Shown here: positions 52,062-64,000 of the stretch, one piece after another | Numbering within the stretch: the first letter of the stretch is position 1 | How the letters are laid out: each line of letters begins with the position of its first letter | Source: Octopus vulgaris | Taxonomy: Eukaryota | Direction of reading: 5' to 3' | Length of the DNA stretch: 64,000 bases | NCBI GenBank assembly: GCA_951406725.2 | Contig: OX597820.1 | Location: 114,638,001 to 114,702,000, forward strand | Made by a program: the position numbers and the translations under genes | The notes under the pieces: generated by a model | What the model was told of the DNA's origin: nothing | The model's input: only the letters and a program-made list of their open reading frames with translations | Database searches by the model: none

Positions 52062-54363
52062 TATATGAATGTATTTGTGTGTGTATAGTTTAGGTCAGTT
52101 AAAAAACACGTTTGCAATAAGTGTCGCGTGGTGGAAATAATCACAATTACCAAACTTTCATTCATAAATCCATTTATTATTTCGTTCTTTTTCATTTCAA
52201 TTTGTACATTAAGGTTCTTTGAATAAGTACGCTGTATTTGAAGATTAAATAGTAATTCCGTTTACGTTTGTGTAACTGAGATATTTTGGTTGGAATATAT
52301 AGTCATTGGTGTTACATTACTTTCTATATTCTGTAACTGTCACAATATACTTTTCTATGCCTGAATTTTTTGTGGGGAGGGGGCCAGTTGATTAGATCGA
52401 CTCCAGTACACAACCAACTGATACTTAATTTATCGTCTCCGAAAGGTCGAAAGGCGAAATCGATCTCGGCAGAATTTGAACTCAGAACGTAAAGACAGAC
52501 GGTCATAATATACAAACATTTCTCATGGCACCAGTACACTGTTTACAGATGCTTACATTTTTTTATGTTTTCCGTGAATTTTTCATGGGTCTAACTAGTA
52601 TTTATGAATTTGTTTCTCTCTCCATGATACTTGGGATCTTTTTAAAAACCTTTTTCTATTACTCAAAAAGAAAAATAAATAAATGCATCTAAAGGTTTGT
52701 TTCAAACTTTTTTCCTTTATACTCAAGCAAAAAATAATTTATGAATTTCTGTCTTTCCGCTACAGTGAAACTATATTCAAGACCGTATTTATGAATTTGT
52801 CTCTCGCAAAATGATACATGGGATCTTTTTTAAAACCTTTTTCTGTTACTCAAACGAAAATTAAATGAATCTAAAAGTTGTTTTTTTTTCAAACCTTTTT
52901 CCATTAGACTCAAGCAAAAAAAATGAATTGCTTTCTCTTCGAAAGTCCCCTCTCACCCACCTCGGAAAAGATTTTCCCCACTAATTTTCTTTATGATCAT
53001 AATCTATGCCGTTTGAAAGGTATATGTATATACAATTTCATTTAAAAACCCATTTTCGTAAAAGTTATGAGGGTAAAACTCGGATCTTGTGAATTTTCCG
53101 AAAGTCCTCTCCCCACCCCGGTTGGTTTGCATGCATTTTTGTTTTCATATTCGTTTCATACACTTCTTTTTTTACACCAGTTGCACTAGTTTTTTGTTTT
53201 GTTTTAGTGACCGAGTAATAAAAAAAAACAATTAATCGAAAGGGTTAACCAAAAGTCTTCAAAACGGAAAATAAATTCGTCGATTTCTTTGCGCAAGCAA
53301 AACTAAACATTATTAAAAGAGGTTACGATGAAACAGTCACCCTTCCACCTCCGTTTAGGGTTCAATACCATCTAGTTTTAATGTCAGCTCAGGGCTAAGG
53401 CTTAAGGTTAGTTACGGTTTAAGGTAATGATTTATTTTAACGTTTAATATAAGTTTTGTTCTGTTTGAAACAAATGTTTTTCTGCCATTCTATAACGGTG
53501 AACATTTGAAACCTCGCACAATGCGCTGCCTATTATTCAAAGTGTTCGTCTTTTTGCGCTGCCTATTATTCAAAGTGTTCGTCTTTTTTTTTTAAGCGTT
53601 CTAGTTATGACTATCCTTCCACTTATTTTTTTTTTTTATGTAATAATTAGTTTATTGCACCCCTTCGCTCGGGATTATTTATTTCCACGTAACATTAAAA
53701 AAAAAATGCATATTTTTACATTCACAACTGTATTAATCAACTTATTTTCCATTTTGAAACTTTTGCATCAGAGCTTAACTTTGTCTTAACTAATTGGGAA
53801 AATAATGAATATTTTACAAAAATAACTATGTTATTGTTTTGATAAGATATGGGGAATAAATTAACACATTTTTATGCAAAGGTTTAACCTAGATCATTTT
53901 AAACAAGAAGTTTGTACAGAGAACCAGAGGAGAATTCAGACGAGTTCGTATCAAAAGAGTTAAACTCTTAAATTCGGTGGAAGAGGTGGGGGTAGAAATA
54001 ATCAAAATGCTCAGTGTGAGAAAATCAATAAAGAGGTGGACTTGAATGTTTTGTAGTATTTAATTTCGCTCATTTTAAATTTTGAAATTAAATTCCTTAG
54101 GGTTGACTTCATCTTTCATGTCATTATTCAATAAAATGGTTAATTACCACGGTAACACCCGGCCACCAAGACAAAACAAAAAAATAATAATAAATTACAG
54201 GTGTAAAAAATATGTAAACGAATATGAAAACAAATGAAAAAATGCGCGCCGGCAAACGGGAGGCGGGTAGGCGCCTCGGAAAATTCACATCGGGAGTGTT
54301 CCAAGTCCTTTCACCACTTCCCCGTTTGTCGGCGCAATTTGTTTTCTCCAAATTCGGGATCTT

Positions 54364-54777
54364 GGATCTTTTCGGTTTGAACGGCAGTTTTTTCTAGCGA
54401 TGTCATATGAAATTGTCACCCATAATTATGACCCTAGTATCGATCTATTGCATTTCAATCTATTTTAGGGTTAGGGTTAGGGGTGGGGGAAAGGGTATCT
54501 TTTTACTTCAGAAATGTAAATAAACTCAATCTGTTTCTTAAACGAGGCACGTTTTCATAAAGCACAGAATGTTTTCACCTCAATAGACGTCATTGATTGG
54601 TTGAAATTGCAGAAATTGAAGAAAAAACAACAAATATCTTACAAACGATAGAATTTTCTCAATAAAGCCAAGAGAAAAAGATGTTTTATAATCACATTCT
54701 ACCAGTATACGAAGTTTAAAAGTGTTTAGTTAAGTGGAAATTATTTTTAAAAACTGCCGGTCAAACCGAAAAGATCC
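54364..54777. mobile_element. MITE family A copy, opposite orientation to 48432, with (TTAGGG)3
   Basis: It has the same TIRs, with TTAGGGTTAGGGTTAGGG at about 54465-54482. Confidence 0.85.
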
Positions 54778-55328
54778 AAAAGATGCGCTTTGGAGAACAG
54801 GGGTGCGGAGAGGATTCTGAAAATTTACTTGCCCAAGGTACCCTGCAGTGGGACTGAACTCGGAACCGTGTGGTTGGGAAGAATATCAATTTTCTTGAGG
54901 GAAAAAATCGGATCGTGTGAATTGTCCTGGTCCTTCCCACCCCGCCGTTCGCTAGCCTCGGGCCAACCTATGCGTCCTGGAGGCCGAAGATACTCCAGGA
55001 CGCATTTTCAGAGGTAAAATTATCTATGCTATAAACGAAAATGAAAACAAAAAATTTGTGCACAAATGTTTTCGATTCTGTCTTCTGCATAATGGATGAA
55101 CAGAAACAAATGCAGCGAAGATGTTCGTAAACCATTCAAGAACACACACACACACTCACCCGTTAGTTTCACTGCAACATTTAAATCTCAATATTTTCGT
55201 CGATACTGACAAAACAAATACAGAACAGGGTTTTGTCTTCACCCCACCTCCTGTTCGCCAGCGCGCATTTATTTTCCATATTCGTTTGCTACGTGTTGTT
55301 TTACACCTATTACACTATATATTTTTTT

Positions 55329-55545
55329 AGAAACGTTAGCACACCGGGCGAAATGCGTTGCCGTATTTCGTCTGCCGTTACGTTCTGAGTTCAAATTCCG
55401 CCGAGGTCGACTTTGCCTTTCATCCTTCCGGGGTCGATTAAATAAGTACCAGTTACGCACTAAGGTCGATGTAATCAACTTAACCCGTTTGTCTTTCCTT
55501 GTTTGTCCCCTCTGTGTTTAGACCCTTGTGGGTAATAAAGAAATA
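55329..55545 (+). mobile_element. Young SINE copy (family of 49815)
   Basis: The body is near-identical, and TATATATTTTTTT flanks both sides. Confidence 0.85.
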
Positions 55546-56991
55546 TATATATTTTTTTCATTTGTGTGACCGAGTGTTAACGTTGAGTTTTCGGATCCAC
55601 TGAGTTTGATCGAGTGAATTTTCCGAGGCCTGTCCGCACCGACCCCCGTTCACCAGCACGCATTTTTTTTTTCATAATCGTTTAGTGCACATTATTTTAT
55701 ACTTATTACATCTTTTATTATTTTTTTTGGTGGCCGAGTGTCGAAGTCGGGTCATTGGATTGTGTGAATTATCCGAATCCGCCACCACCCACCCTGTTAA
55801 AAAAATTTGAAAAAAAAAAAAAATACTGTACTAGGTGTATAATAATGAATATGAAGAAAAAAATTGCGCCGACGAACAGGGAAGTGGTGAGAGGACTCGG
55901 AACATTCCCGATGTGAATTTTCCGAGTCGTCTCTCCGTCTCCCGTTCGCCAGCGCACATATTTTTCATATTCGTGTACTACATGTTATTTTACACCAATT
56001 ACACTTTCTTTTTTCCATTTTTTTTTTGCTCGGGTCAAACACTGGAGTTTAACCATATAAATACCTTTCAAAAGGCATAGATTCCGTTTATAGAGAAGTC
56101 GCCCTTAACTTTTTCCATAGCGAAACCATATTCAACATCGGATCTTGTGAATTTTCCGAAAGTTCTCTCCTCACCCCACCCCCGGTTCGTTGGCACAAAT
56201 TTTTGTTTTTATATTCGTTTAATACACATTTTTTTATACCTATTACATTTGTGTTTTTGTTTTTGTGGCCGGGTGTTAAAGTAATAATTTACCAATAAAA
56301 TTAGTACTAGTTAAGTACTAGAATAATCTAGCTATTCATTCCCAATCCCAAAAGTTGGCTTGTGTCAACGTAAGAAGTCATTCCTTTAAGATTTGAGGAG
56401 CGAAAATGTAAAAAGTTAAATTTTTGGACAAAAAATTCTTTTAAGTGAAGAAATAACCACCCAATTCCATGCCCTTTTCTTTCCCTATTGAGAATACACC
56501 CCTCTCATGAAACGAATTTTAAAATCTGTTACACATATTTCATGTGACGGGTGTAATTAAAAAAAAGTTCTGTGATTAGCTTTGATGAAATAAGTATGTG
56601 TAAAATACTATTATTTATGTTTCTCTTCCACTGATTTGTAACTAATTGCAAGAAATCGTTGATAGATCAAATTTTATTAAGGTTGACATTACCGTGAATC
56701 CTTCCGAATTTAATTCCATTGAACTTGGAATACCGCTCCCAAGTACTTTGCGCATAAGAGATAATTGACACCGCTTCATCATCATAAATAGGATCTTCAA
56801 TTTAATTTGTGACATAATGAATTACCCCTTTTACGTGTTTTAGATCGCGTAGAATACAATCAAATTTTGTTTGTTTGTATTGAATAGATGTTTTAAAAAA
56901 GGACATTGCGCATGGCTGTTGGCAACCATCTCATTGAACTAATACGCTTTAAACAGCCATTGCATGTGACAACATTAATATTCTAATTATA

Positions 56992-57224
56992 TATTTCTTT
57001 ACTACCCACAAGGGGCTAAACGCAGAGGGGACAAACAAGGACAGACAAAGGGAGTAAGTCGATTACATCGACCCCAGTGCGTAACTGGTACTTAATTTAT
57101 CGACCCCGAAAGGATGAAAGGCAAAGTCGACCTCGGCGGAATTTGAACTCAGAACGTAACGACAGACGAAATACGGCTACGCATTTCGCCCGGCGTGCTA
57201 ACGGTTCTGCCAGCTCGCTGCCTT
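56992..57224 (-). mobile_element. Young SINE copy (family of 49815)
   Basis: It is near-identical to 49815-50022. Confidence 0.88.
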
Positions 57225-57335
57225 TATAATTATAAAAATATAACTTCACAAGTTGCCATTAAAATCAAATTTTACTCCTTTGCCGCAATTCTATCTTCGA
57301 ATGTCCCGCGCTTTACATAACTAATAAGTAAACAA

Positions 57336-57415
57336 CCAATTGTTATTCGGTTTAGGCGTACAGGTTGTTTTGGTAATTAACCAATGAGAGGAATGCTTTC
57401 ACCGTGTTTAGGCGT
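57336..57415 (+). promoter_or_regulatory. Putative promoter of the WIPI2-like gene
   Basis: Two CCAAT boxes (57336, 57381) are each followed by GTTTAGGCGT (57350, 57406). They lie about 250-320 bp upstream of the ATG in locally CpG-richer DNA. Confidence 0.45.
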
Positions 57416-57657
57416 GTTTTTGTGTTGTCTATTACATTATACGAGTCGAGGGTACCTAGACACATCAAGCAGTCTCTTCCAACAGCCACATATACAGCAT
57501 ATGATAGCCACATATGTTCTCACGATGGAGGCTGTGTTGTTTTAAAACGGTAGCAAAGCTTGCTAAAATGATGTATTAGAATTTATTGTGTGTCTCACTA
57601 CGTCTGTCTGTCACCACGGATTACGTTAATACGGTGGCCAACGGTATATCTGGCCTA

Positions 57658-57728
57658 ATGAATTTAGCAACGCATAGCACTGACCAGCTGTGTGACTTGT
57701 TGTTTGTTAACTTCAACCAAGACTGCTC
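57658..57728 (+). CDS. WIPI2: WIPI2/Atg18-like PROPPIN, first coding exon (gene continues beyond)
   Basis: It translates as MNLATHSTDQLCDLLFVNFNQDC, against recalled human WIPI2 [25 protein letters not shown]. A consensus phase-2 donor TC|GTAAGT follows. Confidence 0.8.
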
Positions 57729-58913
57729 GTAAGTCCATTTTCGATATGGTTTTTTTTTTCTCTTTCATTTAGTTCGGAGGAGATTATTCTTTCTCTTCTC
57801 CATCGATCTTCTGTTATTGTTTTCATGTATTTTTTCTTCTTAAACATAGGATATACGAATGAATATTACCAAATTTGTTTTTTTAAAAAATTATTGGCAA
57901 TTTGGTTAAAAAAACGAAACGATAACAACAATGTTAATTTTATTCATGCTAATCTACTGCTACAGCTTCCATCGATTGTTTCGCTTACGTCCTTTCGTAT
58001 AAACACAAGAGTAAACGTGACTCTAAATTACTCCATTCTGTTTGTTTTCTTTTCTTTCCCATCAAAAACACCCGTCTATTGCAGAGTACCTTCCTACATA
58101 TTGATGACAAGTACATATATATGTATCAGTATGTTTAGTTATATTAAGAGTTTCGATAATATTCAGTTAGTCTTTGAGAATTAGCTTCTATTAATAGTAA
58201 GGAAGGCAATGATTGCTACAATTTAAATTAAACTAACTAGTTAATTAGTCCTCTCTCTGGTCATCAAATACATTAATACACAATGAAAAAAGATCTTTGA
58301 TATAAAATTCCCAACGAATGACGAAATGTCAGTTTTTCAAACAACAGCAGCAATGATTTACAAACAAAGACAAAGCTATCGTTTTCGAGGAATTTGTTCC
58401 AAATATTCGTCGCACGTAATCCGTGAAATTGTTTTTATTTTGGACCATTACGTAAGACGAGTTGTTTGTGTTGCCAACTAAAAAAAAGGACGACTTTCGA
58501 ATGGTGATGTTATAATACGTGGTTGGTTAAAGATAATAGGTGATAATAAAAATCAATTTGATTTCATACAGCTGCAGGTATATTTTGATGATGTTTTAAA
58601 TTCAACAAATCTTTCCACTACCTGCTCACATACATATCTATGTAAATATATGTATATGTAAGGCGTATCTTTAAATAAACACACGATTTTAGATATGAAA
58701 ACTAATTGTAGTTTGTAATACAAGATTTATATTTCCGTGGGCAGAAGCAGCGAGGGCGATCTGGCTGGTGTCGAGTACTTGTAGATCTTAATTAGGGACA
58801 AGAGAGTCATCTACATTATATACAGTCATATAAGGTTTATAACTATATATATATAATATGAGGTTTATAACAAGATATAATATATATATACTCGACTAAA
58901 TTGATCATTCTCA

Positions 58914-59013
58914 NNNNNNNNNNNNNNNNNNNNNNNNNNNNNNNNNNNNNNNNNNNNNNNNNNNNNNNNNNNNNNNNNNNNNNNNNNNNNNNNNNNNNNN
59001 NNNNNNNNNNNNN
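58914..59013. other. Assembly gap (100 N)
   Basis: Run of Ns. Confidence 1.
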
Positions 59014-60100
<1,087 letters not shown>

Positions 60101-60143
60101 TGAGGCATCACATATAAATATATATCAAAGATAAAAATGACAA

Positions 60144-60173
60144 ATACTACACTTTGATCTTAGCCAAAAGGCC
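60144..60173 (-). pseudogene. U2 snRNA 5' fragment (about nt 11-40)
   Basis: The minus strand reads GGCCTTTTGGCTAAGATCAAAGTGTAGTAT, which is invertebrate-type U2 stem I plus the branch-point-recognition GTAGTA. The rest of U2 is absent. Confidence 0.85.
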
Positions 60174-60197
60174 ATATATATATATATATATATATAT

Positions 60198-62061
<1,864 letters not shown>

Positions 62062-62084
62062 ATGTATATATATATATATATATA

Positions 62085-62297
62085 TGGCCCAGTGGTTAGG
62101 GCAGCGGACTTGCGGTCGGAGGATCGCGGTTTCGATTCCCAGACCGGGCGTTGTGTGTGTTTATTGAGCGAAAACACCTAAAAGCTCCACGAGGCTCCGG
62201 CAGGGGATGGTGGTGATCCCTGCTGTACTCTTTCACCACTCTAAAGGCGGTGCTCCAGCATGGCCGCAGTCAAATGACTGAAACAAGTACAAAAAAA

Positions 62298-62314
<17 letters not shown>
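62085..62314 (+). mobile_element. tRNA-derived SINE with CR1-like tail and poly(A)
   Basis: It has an A-box TGGCCCAGTGG, a B-box GGTTTCGATTCCC, and the tail GGCGGTGCTCCAGCATGGCCGCAGTCAAATGACTGAAACAAGT followed by an A-run. Confidence 0.85.

Positions 62315-64000
<1,686 letters not shown>

Larger units (their letters stand above)
51080..56280. repeat. Dense cluster of fragments of one dispersed repeat family (CGGATCTTGTGAATTTTCCGAA..TTTTCATATTCGTT..GTGGCCGGGTGTTA) in both orientations
   Basis: Copies lie near 51080-51370, 52940-53220, 54151-54360, 54900-55070, 55600-55745, 55840-56030 and 56060-56280. The terminus GGTAACACCCGGCCAC is at 54151. Confidence 0.65.

Noticed and set aside
52598-53587. 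Local tandem duplications (~190 bp at 52598-52930; 33 bp x2 at 53522-53587)
   Set aside because: These are ordinary slippage-type duplications with no sign of function.
54465-54482. (TTAGGG)3 as an ancient telomere fusion
   Set aside because: It is an internal part of a MITE and is also present in the copy at 48432.
62085-62150. tRNA gene
   Set aside because: It has A/B boxes but no complete cloverleaf, and it continues into a SINE body and tail.

Overview
This is an AT-rich, repeat-dense animal genomic window. The SINE, RTE and Penelope families and the very long (TA)n tracts look like octopus (coleoid cephalopod) DNA; this is inferred from the repeats, not proven. One spliced protein-coding gene on + is complete: an ANKRD40 homolog spanning about 3.7-31.1 kb. 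It has two paralogous first coding exons (3747-3961 and 17341-17480), two tandem-duplicated symmetric middle exons (24448-24615 and 27047-27220) and a possible 33-nt microexon. The first coding exon of a WIPI2/Atg18 homolog lies at 57658-57728. The rest is decayed mobile elements (Gypsy with 3' LTR, CR1-like LINEs, RTE, Penelope, Tigger, mariner, two hATs, Ginger-like integrase, piggyBac- and Merlin-like MITEs, several SINE families), microsatellites, a U2 snRNA fragment and a 100-N gap. The most unusual structure is a nested palindrome at 60.2-62.1 kb whose arms carry a minimal hammerhead-ribozyme-like fold with a swapped G3:C8 core. Other fold-back elements are embedded in (TA)n tracts. Nearly all long ORFs in the ORF track are microsatellite artefacts. 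All family assignments come from recalled motifs; no database search was run.
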